Assembly (NCBI GenBank): GCA_009859145.1
Contig: VRVR01000006.1
Coordinates: forward strand, 245,455 to 309,454
DNA from: Andalucia godoyi And28
Taxonomy: Eukaryota > Protista > Jakobida
Direction: 5' to 3'
Length of the DNA: 64,000 bases
Positions within the stretch are counted from its first letter, which is position 1. Each line of letters opens with the position of its first letter. Below the pieces are notes generated by a model. The model searched no databases, was not told where the DNA came from, and saw only the letters and a list, made by a program, of their open reading frames with translations. The position numbers and the translations under genes were made by a program. This document shows positions 29,815-40,300 of the stretch, piece by piece.

Positions 29815-31146
29815 TTACTTGAGCATACTTGCAAGATCATCCGAACTCGCGTCCAGTAAGTTCGTTTGCGAAGCCTTCCTGGCAAAGCCGATACTACCGG
29901 AGCTTGAGCAGTTCTTCAGCTGTTGCGCCCCATCCTGATTGTCAACATTATACAATGAATCCATATCAAGAGATACGAGATTGGAATTTGAACCGCTGTT
30001 TGGGAACTTTGGCGTAGAAAGAACTCGAGTTAATCCGAAAGCAGATGTCGACGAACTGGGAAACAGGCCAGTGTGATGATGATGCGCTGCAGGGGCATCA
30101 CCAGAATCACGATGTTCCATGGCCTGCAAATCCACTTCTGAGGTGCCTCGGCTCATCGGTTCAGAGTGAACGGACTTGCTATCATCGTCGGGAGCGTCTT
30201 CGTTTGCATCGGACAAGCTTGACGCCATGTGGCTCAGTGGCAGCGCCTTTTTCGACCCAGGCTGCCCCGGAGTGTGGTGATCCGGGGGAGACATTCCAAT
30301 AGACGGCTTCCGGGCATTCTGCATCGACATTCCTGCTGCAGAGGGTTTCGGAATTCGAATATTTGATGGCGGAGACGCCATAAGACCCTTCCCGCCCGGT
30401 TGCAGCAAAGGATTGACCAAGCCATTTCCGCCCTGTGCGCTAGGAACCACAAGCGAGGAAGGTGCTTGCGACAGTCCCTGCGATGTGGATGTAAAAGACG
30501 CTGATCCGCTCGTCGAAGATGCCGCAGACCCAGAGGCAACGAGAGATGGCGTGTTGAATTCCGACGCAGTCATCGGAACGGGGAGAGTAAACTGAATAAT
30601 GGGCGACACTGAAGAATGCTGGATCAATGAAGACCCGACGCCAACAGGAAGCGCAGAGTTGACAAGCGATGATCCCAGAGCCGACATATGAGAATGATGC
30701 AACGAATGAACATGCGGATGAGCATGCTGCGAAGCTTGGTGTTGATGATATGCAGAGAGACCAGGAATTGCAGAGCCGGACGGAGAATACACATTTGAAT
30801 TCAAGCCTGAGATATACTGTACAGCATTTGACGCAGCTTGCCTCCTTCCTCTTTTTGCAGTTGGTTCATTTTGGTGAACATGCGACACACTCTCGCGTTT
30901 CGAACTGGACTTTCCGTTTCTCGAGTCCGAAGCGTTGACTTGCTCTTCTGCATTGTCAGATTCGTCCTCCGAGCTCCCGCCATTTCCAGAATTCTTCTTT
31001 GGCCTGCCCCGCTTCTTCGGGGCCGGATACAAGCACTGGTCAGGAATGCTCAGATCTAGACACCGTTTGCACGGCTGCATACCATTGCATTTCTTGTGCG
31101 CATTTCGGCAAAGCTGGCACGCAGCCTTTGAAGAAGACATGTCCAT
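29815..31146 (-). CDS. Zn(II)2Cys6 (GAL4-type) transcription factor with an AT-hook-like KKRGRPKK
   Basis: ACQLCRNAHKKCNGMQPCKRCLDLSIPDQC fits CX2CX6CX5CX2CX8C; the remainder is low complexity. Confidence 0.9.
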   Translation of the reverse strand: MDMSSSKAACQLCRNAHKKCNGMQPCKRCLDLSIPDQCLYPAPKKRGRPKKNSGNGGSSEDESDNAEEQVNASDSRNGKSSSKRESVSHVHQNEPTAKRGRRQAASNAVQYISGLNSNVYSPSGSAIPGLSAYHQHQASQHAHPHVHSLHHSHMSALGSSLVNSALPVGVGSSLIQHSSVSPIIQFTLPVPMTASEFNTPSLVASGSAASSTSGSASFTSTSQGLSQAPSSLVVPSAQGGNGLVNPLLQPGGKGLMASPPSNIRIPKPSAAGMSMQNARKPSIGMSPPDHHTPGQPGSKKALPLSHMASSLSDANEDAPDDDSKSVHSEPMSRGTSEVDLQAMEHRDSGDAPAAHHHHTGLFPSSSTSAFGLTRVLSTPKFPNSGSNSNLVSLDMDSLYNVDNQDGAQQLKNCSSSGSIGFARKASQTNLLDASSDDLASMLK

Positions 31147-31323
31147 TGTGAGAACAAGTTACGAAAAAAGAAGAACCGGACACTCCGACTTTGACGAGCA
31201 ATCGGACTGGTACAAAACAAAACAAAACAAAACAAAACAAATATAAAATAAAAATAAAAAATAAAAATTCGGAAACGGCAAGAAGGAAAATAAGGTACGA
31301 AAGCAGAAAAGAGAATAGTAAGA

Positions 31324-31325
31324 AT

Positions 31326-31373
<48 letters not shown>

Positions 31374-31420
31374 AATAATAATAATGATAACAATAATAAC
31401 AATAATAACAATAATAACAA
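31324..31420. repeat. (CAA)n/(TAA)n microsatellite upstream of the Zn2Cys6 gene
   Basis: Read directly from the sequence; it generates the spurious poly-L/V/C/N ORFs at 31040-31527. Confidence 0.95.
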
Positions 31421-31718
31421 AAATGGTTAATAAAGGAGTTGCGAAACGGAAAGGTCGATGAGCTGTCGGATGCAAAATGGAGGGAATTCAATGAGAAACA
31501 GAAAGCTGACCTTCGCTGACATGACACAAACTGGTTTTACAGTCGACGGCAAATTCTCTGGTTGCTGAAAGGGCTTTCGAGAAAACTCGGAAAGGTTACC
31601 TGCTCGGGTCGCTGGGGGGGAGACGTTGTTGATTGAACGTACGTACGTCCGTCAATCGCAGACCGAGACACGCCGCAGTGTCCATCAATTAAGACAATAG
31701 ATCTGTTGTTCCTTCAGC

Positions 31719-32807
31719 ATGAAAAAGGGTTCGCAAGCACCACGACATTCAGAAGCTTCATCCGTCCATGTGAAACGAGATTTGAGGCCCGAAGAGCAGA
31801 GGAGTTGGGAGAATGTTTCTTTCGCCGCCGATCTCGTTCCTTCGGTTCGATCTGCATTGGAGAATCCACCACTTCTTCTGGGAGATGAATCTACGTTGCC
31901 CGTTGCGGAGCCATGCGATTATGTCGGTGCTGCGACCGAGGGTTCTTTGGGTCGAAAGAGGAAGACCGGAGAATTCTCAGACGCTGCATTTGCAAAGTTT
32001 CAGCGGGTGTTTCAACGCTGGAGAGGGCCGTCTGTTGCAGACATCCTGACGTTCAATGAGCAATTGTGTAGAGTTTATGGCCACCGAACGCAAAGAAGCT
32101 CTGGAAAGACTGTCTTGGATGGTCTTGTTGCAGTCATGTTGTCACAGAACACCACAGATCGCAATTCTTCTGCTGCGTTCCACAGTCTCAAAAGCCGATT
32201 TCGCACGTGGCAGGAAGTTCGACAGTGCAATGTTGCAGAGCTTGAGGAATCGATTCGCGTGGGTGGTCTTGCGCCTACAAAAGCAAGACGAATCAAGAAA
32301 TTGCTCGATCAGCTTTTTGAGTCCAACCGTGGCGAACTGTCTCTTGAGCATCTCCGCCACTCTCCCACGGAAGAAGTCGTTCGCGAACTCTCGCAATTCG
32401 ATGGCATTGGACCAAAGTCGATTTCGTGTGTTTTGCTTTTTACTATGGGACGCCATGATTTCCCAGTGGATACACATGTGCACAGACTCTGCAGTCGATT
32501 TGGTTGGACTCCTGCGCAGAGTTCTCGAGAAGACACGTACCACTATATGAACGCTCTTGTGCCCGATGGCATTCAGTATGAGCTGCATGTGAATATGGTT
32601 CAGCACGGCCGCAAGATTTGCAAGAGCCAAGCTCCGATGTGCTCCATGTGCCACCTGTGCTTAATTTGTCCAACGGGCCAGAAACGAGTTCACGGGAAGA
32701 CGGACACGGACATCGAGGACCTTATCTCCCTGCAGTCTGTCGAGCATAAACAGACTGCCACCACCACCAACACGCAGGCCAAGCTCCAGCAAGGTTCTTG
32801 CGCATGA
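31719..32807 (+). CDS. HhH-GPD DNA glycosylase/lyase with 4Fe-4S motif (endonuclease III/DEMETER-core-like)
   Basis: LSQNTTD, GIGPKSISCV (HhH Lys), FPVDTHVHR (catalytic Asp) and CX6CX2CX5C cluster. Confidence 0.93.
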   Translation: MKKGSQAPRHSEASSVHVKRDLRPEEQRSWENVSFAADLVPSVRSALENPPLLLGDESTLPVAEPCDYVGAATEGSLGRKRKTGEFSDAAFAKFQRVFQRWRGPSVADILTFNEQLCRVYGHRTQRSSGKTVLDGLVAVMLSQNTTDRNSSAAFHSLKSRFRTWQEVRQCNVAELEESIRVGGLAPTKARRIKKLLDQLFESNRGELSLEHLRHSPTEEVVRELSQFDGIGPKSISCVLLFTMGRHDFPVDTHVHRLCSRFGWTPAQSSREDTYHYMNALVPDGIQYELHVNMVQHGRKICKSQAPMCSMCHLCLICPTGQKRVHGKTDTDIEDLISLQSVEHKQTATTTNTQAKLQQGSCA

Positions 32808-33150
32808 CCAGTTGACCACCGCATCAGGTAGTGCCAGTTGGTCGGGATGTGCATGTGCCCGTTTCCTGTTGTACATCATCATCGGCCCAAGCATGTCCTT
32901 TTGAACGGGAAAGAGAGATCTCGAATGGTCGACCCGTCGAGGAATCCGCTGTCCTTCTGTTTCTCCGTCGTTTTGTCCAATTATCATCTTCTTCATTGTT
33001 GCGATTTTCTCGGTGAGCTTTTTGCGCGTTTTGCTTTTATTTGTAGTTATAAATTATCTCTTCTTCTTCTTCATCTTTTTGTTTCTTCATCTTTCTTTCT
33101 TTGGAATCCTTTTTGAGAGTATTGGATGCAAAAAAAAAAACCCCCGGAAA

Positions 33151-34116
33151 ATGCTGACCGACTCGTCGTTTCACCGCGTATTGTTATGTTGGTTTTCTGT
33201 CATTACCCTGATACTGTTTGCTTTTCCGGATTCCATTGATTATTGTCATATGGATCGGAGGAAGAATCCGTATTCTCTGCGAACCACGCTCGTCAGTCCG
33301 TCGGTGTTTTTGTATGCAAGCTTGCTGATTGCGATAGCTGGACTGATCTTGCTTGTGATTCGCGCGCTTCCTGGAAAGCGCATTGATGTGTTCATGGACG
33401 GTGTTGCAACGGTTGTGTGGTACGAATCGTCCTACAATGTCCTGTACACCGCGAAGTATCTTCTCGGGGATTATAATTGTGCAGACGGACCAAATTCAAT
33501 ATCCGGTCACTACAATCTGTACATCTTCCTTTGTGTTTCCCTGTTTTATTTGACGGTGAAAAATCGTAGGAATGCGCGTTTGATTGCAAACTACGTGAAT
33601 CGCAAGTTGCTGACGCACATATCGCTGTTCAAACTGACGATTTCAGCGTTCATTGCAGTTCTGATTTGCACCACCTTTCTTTTTCTGGCTGTCTTTTCGT
33701 CCTATCGAACGTGGGTCTTTGGATTCCACACGATCCGCCAGATATGCTATGGATCGCTGTTTGCCGTTATTAACTTGTTCATCTGGTCGCTGGTCATTGG
33801 TGCAGAGTACTCGTCCCAGCACGCAGCTCAACATCGAGACCGCAGGAGGGTTCTGCTGGGGTCGTCCGTGTTCCTAGGCCTCTCTGTGGTCTTCAAGATT
33901 GCATTTTCCCCTGTGCAACTGTGGGACCACTTTGTTTTTCAGCTGTTGCTGCTGTTCATTCTGCTCTTCGTGTTCAAGTATGTTTCTCCTTCTTTCCCAA
34001 TACCCAGTGACACTTATTCCGCGAATGATGACAACTTACGCGCAGTAGCAGGTCCGGACGACTTCACGCTGCCCATCGTTCCGATTAATCGGATCTCTGT
34101 ACATACGAGTAGTTGA
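33151..34116 (+). CDS. Polytopic membrane protein of the PAP2/FIT (lipid phosphate phosphatase-like) superfamily (321 aa)
   Basis: First ATG at 33151; ISGHY and GFHTIRQICYG motifs; multiple TM helices. Confidence 0.65.
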   Translation: MLTDSSFHRVLLCWFSVITLILFAFPDSIDYCHMDRRKNPYSLRTTLVSPSVFLYASLLIAIAGLILLVIRALPGKRIDVFMDGVATVVWYESSYNVLYTAKYLLGDYNCADGPNSISGHYNLYIFLCVSLFYLTVKNRRNARLIANYVNRKLLTHISLFKLTISAFIAVLICTTFLFLAVFSSYRTWVFGFHTIRQICYGSLFAVINLFIWSLVIGAEYSSQHAAQHRDRRRVLLGSSVFLGLSVVFKIAFSPVQLWDHFVFQLLLLFILLFVFKYVSPSFPIPSDTYSANDDNLRAVAGPDDFTLPIVPINRISVHTSS

Positions 34117-34598
34117 CTATTTTCCTGTTTGAACTATTTTCTTTTTCTTCTGCTTCTGGACCGCAGTCGAGTGAATTCTCATGATGCTGGGGTTCGCATT
34201 GGCAGTGCTCGAGGAGTGTGGAAACTGCGTGCAGGGTTGCCGAGCGATTACATCGTCTTCCATGACTTGCTTGTCTCTTTTATTTTATTTTATTTTATTT
34301 ATTTTTGATTCGCGATACATGCGCTGTTGTTGTGTGTTTTCGTCGGTTGTTTTCCGTGTCTGTGTCTGTGTCTGTTGTTGTTTTAGAGACTCTGTGGCTA
34401 GTACGGACTTCAAAAAAGGTAAAACATAAAGCACTAAACAATAAATGGCTTACTCGTCGCTCAAGATACTAAATTCAACTGTATTGGCGGGAATGAAAAC
34501 TTCAAGCATATGAAAACTATCGATGGCGAGAGCACAGAGAGGATGCTGTTCTCTTTCTTCTTCTTCTTCTTCTTCTTTTGTTTTTGTTTTTGTTTTGG

Positions 34599-36662
34599 TC
34601 AGTGTGACATTGCTGGTTCGGAAGGGGCGTCCGGGAGCAGCCAAGTGGGAATGCGAGCAGTCTGGATCTCCTGGATCTTCACAGACCTCTCCCTCGATTC
34701 AATTGCTTCGAATCTGTGCATTTCCTTGCGGATCTCCTGAATGAGTTTGGACTCATCATCACCAATTCGTGCCAAGTCACTAACGGCGGTAGCCAGTTTC
34801 TGGACAACCACCTGCGCACGGCCAGTCGAGGCAAGTCGGTCATGCAGTTCCTGTTCGGCCTTTTGCAGTTCCAAAAGTAGTTCTTGCGGGCTGGCAAACA
34901 AGCCGCCTCGAAGAGCGATTCGGTGCAACGTAGCGCGAACGGCCTTCGCCAAGTCTTTGAAGTTCTGATGGAACGGGGCAAGCATGGATTCAACACCCTC
35001 CAAATCCGCTTGCAGATGCGATAGAATCGAGTTGACAAATGAAATATGGTTCTGCTGCAGATGATTCCATCTTGCACCTTCCACTTGCAGTCTTAGCTGC
35101 ATCAACACTTGTAACACTCCAACAAATAGTTTCTCGACGTATGACACCTGTTTCTGCCGAACATGTTGCAGTTTTGCATTCGCGAACTTCCACTGCAAGA
35201 ACTCTGCATAAACGAGCTCTCGCTCACTATCAATGTTTGCAGCACCAGTACCCGCAGTATGCGAAACCCCTTGTCCGACCGTGCTTCCAGACAAGGACGA
35301 ATGCCCCACGAACGCACCACTGGCACCAGAGCCGCCAACGACCGCGCCCCCAGCCACTCCCAGAGCAGGGGACAACGACGACACGCCTGCGGCTTCCCTC
35401 GAATTGACAGAGGAAACAGCCTGTGCAAGGGCCTGTCGTTGTTTTCGTCGTTCCTGAAGCAAAACCTTCACACGCTCCGGATCAATAGACTCTGTTCGAG
35501 CAAGCGAGACTGTATACCCGCCAAGACCGGAGAATTTCTTCTTTGCGGAGTTTGCAATGTTTGATGAATGCGAGGAAACAGACGCAGAGGACACGGATGA
35601 CGGGGTTGAAGCAACCGACACCGAGGACGAAGCCACCGACACCGAGGCCGAAGACGGTCTTTTCTTCTTTGCAGTGGACAGCAGCATATCCTGCTGTTGC
35701 TTCTGCGATCTGTACTGTTCCAGTAACTCTCTTCTGCTCGGTGTTTGAGCAGGAGACGGTACTGGATCCTGAATGACCCTGGAGGCCATTGCTACGGCTG
35801 AAGTTAGCCGGACGGGGGTCTTCATTTCCGGCTCATGCTGCAGGGACGAGGAAAAAGAAGAAGATCTGGCAGATTCCGGTCTGGATCGACTTGTAACAGA
35901 AGAACTTCTCGCCGCAGCATTTTGCGGAAGTGCGCGAACATGGCCTTGGCTTTGACTTGAAACTTCGATACGCGACCGACTTGAGGAGCGCAACAAATCG
36001 ACTGGTTTGGGCCGATTTTCTGCATTCTGCGTCACAGAAGACGATCTCTTTTTCTTTTCCGCAGACTGCAAATACCGGGATTCGATGACTTTGAACCGCT
36101 TCTTCGCGGATGCCGTTGATGAATTCGATGAGTTCGACGATGCAGAAACGTCGGATCGCGCACTTGGAGATCGCGCATTGGATCGAAACAGGGCAAATTC
36201 ATCTTCTTCATTATCATTGTGAACATCATCATGAGCAAGCCCATGGCCATTCTCATTGCAGAGCCCTGCTTCGATACTTTCACGCTCATTTGAACGCGAA
36301 GACCTGGCACTCGCGCCAAACGTCCGTGAATGTTGAGTCAGGACCCGCTGCATCAGAGCAGCAGAAAGCTGAGAATTCATCGACGACGAATCGTCTTCCG
36401 ACTCGTCTTCGGACTCCCGATTGAAGTCGATGTGCTTTCGAGTGGATCCAAACGGTTCGGATGGATTGCGGACTGCATGACCAGATCCCGCTGCTGTTGT
36501 TTCATTTGTCGGTCTGGCAGAAGGAACAGCTGCTCTCGAACGAGCTGGAGCCACAGATGCCTTCGCTGCTGGTTTCGTCGAGATTGTCGATCGCGAAGTG
36601 GACACAGAGACTGCAGACGATGGACGCGTCGACACCCCCGCAGCAAGAGGCCTCTTTGACAT
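34599..36662 (-). CDS. QWRF-motif / augmin subunit 8 (HAUS8-like) protein
   Basis: ATG at 36662; long basic Ser-rich N-terminus followed by FLQWKFANAK and a coiled-coil C-terminus. Confidence 0.7.
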   Translation of the reverse strand: MSKRPLAAGVSTRPSSAVSVSTSRSTISTKPAAKASVAPARSRAAVPSARPTNETTAAGSGHAVRNPSEPFGSTRKHIDFNRESEDESEDDSSSMNSQLSAALMQRVLTQHSRTFGASARSSRSNERESIEAGLCNENGHGLAHDDVHNDNEEDEFALFRSNARSPSARSDVSASSNSSNSSTASAKKRFKVIESRYLQSAEKKKRSSSVTQNAENRPKPVDLLRSSSRSRIEVSSQSQGHVRALPQNAAARSSSVTSRSRPESARSSSFSSSLQHEPEMKTPVRLTSAVAMASRVIQDPVPSPAQTPSRRELLEQYRSQKQQQDMLLSTAKKKRPSSASVSVASSSVSVASTPSSVSSASVSSHSSNIANSAKKKFSGLGGYTVSLARTESIDPERVKVLLQERRKQRQALAQAVSSVNSREAAGVSSLSPALGVAGGAVVGGSGASGAFVGHSSLSGSTVGQGVSHTAGTGAANIDSERELVYAEFLQWKFANAKLQHVRQKQVSYVEKLFVGVLQVLMQLRLQVEGARWNHLQQNHISFVNSILSHLQADLEGVESMLAPFHQNFKDLAKAVRATLHRIALRGGLFASPQELLLELQKAEQELHDRLASTGRAQVVVQKLATAVSDLARIGDDESKLIQEIRKEMHRFEAIESRERSVKIQEIQTARIPTWLLPDAPSEPAMSH

Positions 36663-37263
36663 TTTCTCAATATCCAAAAAAAGAACCAGTTTCCTTCCAA
36701 AATGAATACTTAAACTAAAATAAATCAAAATAAAATAATCAAAATAAAGAAATACTTCAAAAACAAAATAAAATAATAATAATAGAAAGAAATGAGCTCA
36801 GCGAGTGCCAAACATTTGGCTCGCATGCTGCGCCTCAGACAGATTACCTGGCGTAAAAAGGGACTTTTTAACAGTCAGCACCAGCGCCCATCCAATGAAG
36901 CCCCCCCTTTTGAGTGGGACATCCGTGCATGACAGAGACAACCTGTGTTTTTCGTTCAGAGCTCTCGAATTGATCTTTCATTCTCTGTTTTCAATCGAGC
37001 GGATATTGCATTGATTGTTGATTGGCAATGGTGTGCACCACATAGAGAGAGAGAGAGAGAGAGAGGCCGGAGCGGAGGAATCATCGATTGCAAAGGAATG
37101 TGGCTCTCAGTATTCGACAGTCTCTCTCAGTGGGCCTCGACCTGCACATCTTCAGCCATACTATCCGATGATCTTCACAGCCGTCCACCAGACGTTTGAG
37201 TTGGAGAGTAGTACCATTAACGGAAGAGCGTTTGGTTTTTATAATAGTCGATGTCGGTAGGTG

Positions 37264-38133
37264 TTACTGACTTCCATTGGCAGCCTTGAGCGCAATCTCC
37301 TTGAAGGAGGCGTATGTCTTTTCGAGGTTGTCGTTGACAATGACATGATCAAAGAATCCTGGATTGTTGTCGCAAAACTCGAGTTCGGCCTTTGCGTTTC
37401 CAAGGCGGAGCTGGATCTTTTCCTCGGACTCGGTCCCGCGGCCCCGAAGTCTCTTTTCCAGCTCTTCCATACCAGGTGGTCTCACAAACAAGTACACTGC
37501 GTTCAGCGGACTCTTCTTGACCGACTGCGCCCCTTGGACATCGATGTCGAGGATGCATGCCTTACCACTCTCCGCAACCTTTCCGACTCCAGCAAACGAA
37601 GTGCCATACATATTCCCGTGGACCAGCGCAGTCTCCACAAATCCGCCGGCAGCCTTGAGCTTTTCCATCTCCTCGTGTGTCGAAAAATTGTAATGGATTC
37701 CGTGTTCTTCGCCAGATCGAGGTGCTCGGGTTGTGTGAGAGACCGAAAAGCCAAACAACGACGGGTATTCCGACATCAGCTTTCCAATCAGCGTTCCCTT
37801 TCCAACTCCCGAAGGCCCACAGACAACAATTGGGTGCGGATTCTTCTTGGAAACGTTTCCGTTATCGCTGTTTGACGAAGAAGCAGCTGAAGTCGAGTTC
37901 TGCTGGTTGGACTGATTAATGGACGAAATGCGAGAAAAGAACTGGTTTGCATGAGCGTAAACATCTGTTGGTTTGTGTAAAAGAACATCGGCTACAAAGT
38001 CGTTCAGCAAAGATGAGAGTTCGGGGTGCGCAGACAGATACGAAGAAAAGTCGGACGCTAGCGACGCGGAGCGCTCACGAAGCAGCAGCGAGTCTTCAAA
38101 CGTGTGTACGGGCTTGGGGGTTGGGGACGACAT
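37264..38133 (-). CDS. GUK1: Guanylate kinase with an N-terminal RIIa-type dimerization/docking domain (289 aa)
   Basis: [10 protein letters not shown]-loop, [25 protein letters not shown] and LDIDVQG; N-terminal [35 protein letters not shown]. Confidence 0.92.
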   Translation of the reverse strand: MSSPTPKPVHTFEDSLLLRERSASLASDFSSYLSAHPELSSLLNDFVADVLLHKPTDVYAHANQFFSRISSINQSNQQNSTSAASSSNSDNGNVSKKNPHPIVVCGPSGVGKGTLIGKLMSEYPSLFGFSVSHTTRAPRSGEEHGIHYNFSTHEEMEKLKAAGGFVETALVHGNMYGTSFAGVGKVAESGKACILDIDVQGAQSVKKSPLNAVYLFVRPPGMEELEKRLRGRGTESEEKIQLRLGNAKAELEFCDNNPGFFDHVIVNDNLEKTYASFKEIALKAANGSQ

Positions 38134-38725
38134 CAATCGCGGCAGAGAAAGAAGCGGGCGAGACCGAGCGAAAAGAACAGATATGATAGGCAATACCTTG
38201 GAGAACTTTTTTGTGGCTCTACTTGTGCGGAGACGATGATGATGATAATAATAATAATAAATAATAATAATTATTATTATTATTCTGTTTTTGAAGAGGC
38301 AAACGCTCAATGACACGGATGACAGACTGGATTTTATTGCTTTGACGACCAACAGCTGGCAGGAATTTTTGATTGACGACAGATTGAGGTAAGGAAAAAA
38401 AACCCTAGGCCTCTTGGAAGTCAGAATACAAAAAAAAATGTATTTAAAAAATTGAACGAAAAAAGAAAAAGAATGGAATCTCTAACCCTAGACAAATCTC
38501 TGTACACAGTCTTTCTACACAAGTCGTCCTTTCTTCCCCACTCATCTGTTGTTTTGAATTTTGCACCATGAAATAAAACAAAACGAGCAGAGACAGTCAT
38601 TCTATTGTTGATTCCTTCATCTCTGCGGTTTTTTTCTTTTTGTGGTTATTGTTGAAGAAAGTAACACAACAGGAGAATATTTTTTAATTAAATTAATTAA
38701 TTGAAAAAAGAAAGAGAAACCAGGA

Positions 38726-40300
38726 ATGACTGGAGCCAAGTCCAATAATCCGTTTGATGCGGATTTTACTGTCTCGGCCTCGCAGCAGCAGCAGCAGCAG
38801 ACATCGGAAAGACAGAACTTCGACACGGAGTTTCGTTCTCGGAATCTTTCTGTGGAAGCACATCTTGCAGCTTTGAAGCGCGACTTCAAGGTAGAGCCTC
38901 GGTTGGAGTACAAGACCGTGACAGGAGTCAACGGACCGCTTGTTATTCTTGACAATGTGAAGGGACCTAAGTATGCCGAGATTGTGAATCTGACTCTTGG
39001 AGACGGAACAAAGCGCCGCGGCCAGGTTCTCGAAGTGAATGGACGCCGTGCGGTTGTCCAAGTGTTTGAGGGTACATCTGGTATTGATGCAAAGCACACG
39101 CAGTGCGAGTTCACGGGCGATGTACTGAAGATCCCCGTGTCGCAGGATATGTTGGGTCGTATTTTCAACGGCTCGGGAAAGCCGATTGATCGCGGCCCAC
39201 CCATTCTGGCCGAGGACTTCCGTGATATCATGGGTCAGCCAATCAACCCGTTTTCGCGTGTCTATCCCGAGGAAATGATCTGCACTGGTATTTCGGCAAT
39301 CGATCTGATGACGTCCATTGCGCGTGGACAAAAGATTCCTTTGTTCTCTGGTGCCGGTCTTCCCCACAATGAAATTGCGGCGCAGATTTGCCGACAGGCA
39401 GGTCTGGTTGGAGAAGGCGAGAAATCCGATTTCGCCATTGTGTTTGCGGCAATGGGAGTCAACATGGAAACAGCCCGCTTCTTCAAGCAGGATTTCGAGG
39501 AGAATGGATCGATGGAGCGCACGACGTTGTTCCTCAATCTTGCCAATGATCCGACCATCGAACGTATCATTACTCCCCGTTTGGCCCTCACCACCGCCGA
39601 GTATCTTGCGTACGAGTGCGGAAAGCACGTGTTGGTCATTTTGACTGATATGTCGTCTTATGCAGATGCATTGCGAGAGGTCTCTGCTGCCCGAGAAGAG
39701 GTTCCTGGTCGGCGAGGTTATCCAGGATACATGTACACCGATTTGTCCACCATCTATGAGCGTGCAGGACGTGTCGAAGGTCGCCCCGGTTCAATCACGC
39801 AGTTCCCCATTCTTACCATGCCCAACGACGACATCACCCACCCTATTCCCGATCTCACAGGATACATCACAGAAGGACAGGTGTTTATCGATCGCCAACT
39901 CCACAACAGACAGATCTACCCACCCATCAACGTTTTGCCGTCTCTTTCTCGTCTCATGAAGTCTGCCATTGGTGAGGGCATGACCCGAAAGGACCACAAT
40001 GAAGTGTCCATGCAGATGTATGCCAACTACGCCATTGGTAAGGATGTCCTCTCCATGAAGGCCGTCGTTGGTGAGGAGGCGCTCTCATCGGAGGATTTGC
40101 TTTATCTCCAGTTCCTCGAACGCTACGAGACTCAGTTCCTTTCGCAGTCGTTCTATGAGGCTCGTAATGTCTTCCAGTCTCTTGATCTTGCGTGGTCCCT
40201 TCTCAGAATCTTCCCCAAGGAAATGCTTACCCGTATTCCCGCTGACCTGAAGGCCGAATTCTACGACAAGAAGGCTGCTGGCGAACAAAAGAAGAAGTAA
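38726..40300 (+). CDS. ATP6V1B: V-type H+-ATPase subunit B
   Basis: [56 protein letters not shown] and [14 protein letters not shown]. Confidence 0.99.
   Translation: MTGAKSNNPFDADFTVSASQQQQQQTSERQNFDTEFRSRNLSVEAHLAALKRDFKVEPRLEYKTVTGVNGPLVILDNVKGPKYAEIVNLTLGDGTKRRGQVLEVNGRRAVVQVFEGTSGIDAKHTQCEFTGDVLKIPVSQDMLGRIFNGSGKPIDRGPPILAEDFRDIMGQPINPFSRVYPEEMICTGISAIDLMTSIARGQKIPLFSGAGLPHNEIAAQICRQAGLVGEGEKSDFAIVFAAMGVNMETARFFKQDFEENGSMERTTLFLNLANDPTIERIITPRLALTTAEYLAYECGKHVLVILTDMSSYADALREVSAAREEVPGRRGYPGYMYTDLSTIYERAGRVEGRPGSITQFPILTMPNDDITHPIPDLTGYITEGQVFIDRQLHNRQIYPPINVLPSLSRLMKSAIGEGMTRKDHNEVSMQMYANYAIGKDVLSMKAVVGEEALSSEDLLYLQFLERYETQFLSQSFYEARNVFQSLDLAWSLLRIFPKEMLTRIPADLKAEFYDKKAAGEQKKK

Noticed and set aside
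31040-31527. Poly-Leu/Val/Cys/Asn ORFs
   Set aside because: Artefacts of (CAA)n/(TAA)n microsatellites.
36840-36870. TTACCTGG resembling the U1 snRNA 5' end
   Set aside because: No U1 stem-loops or Sm site at the right spacing.
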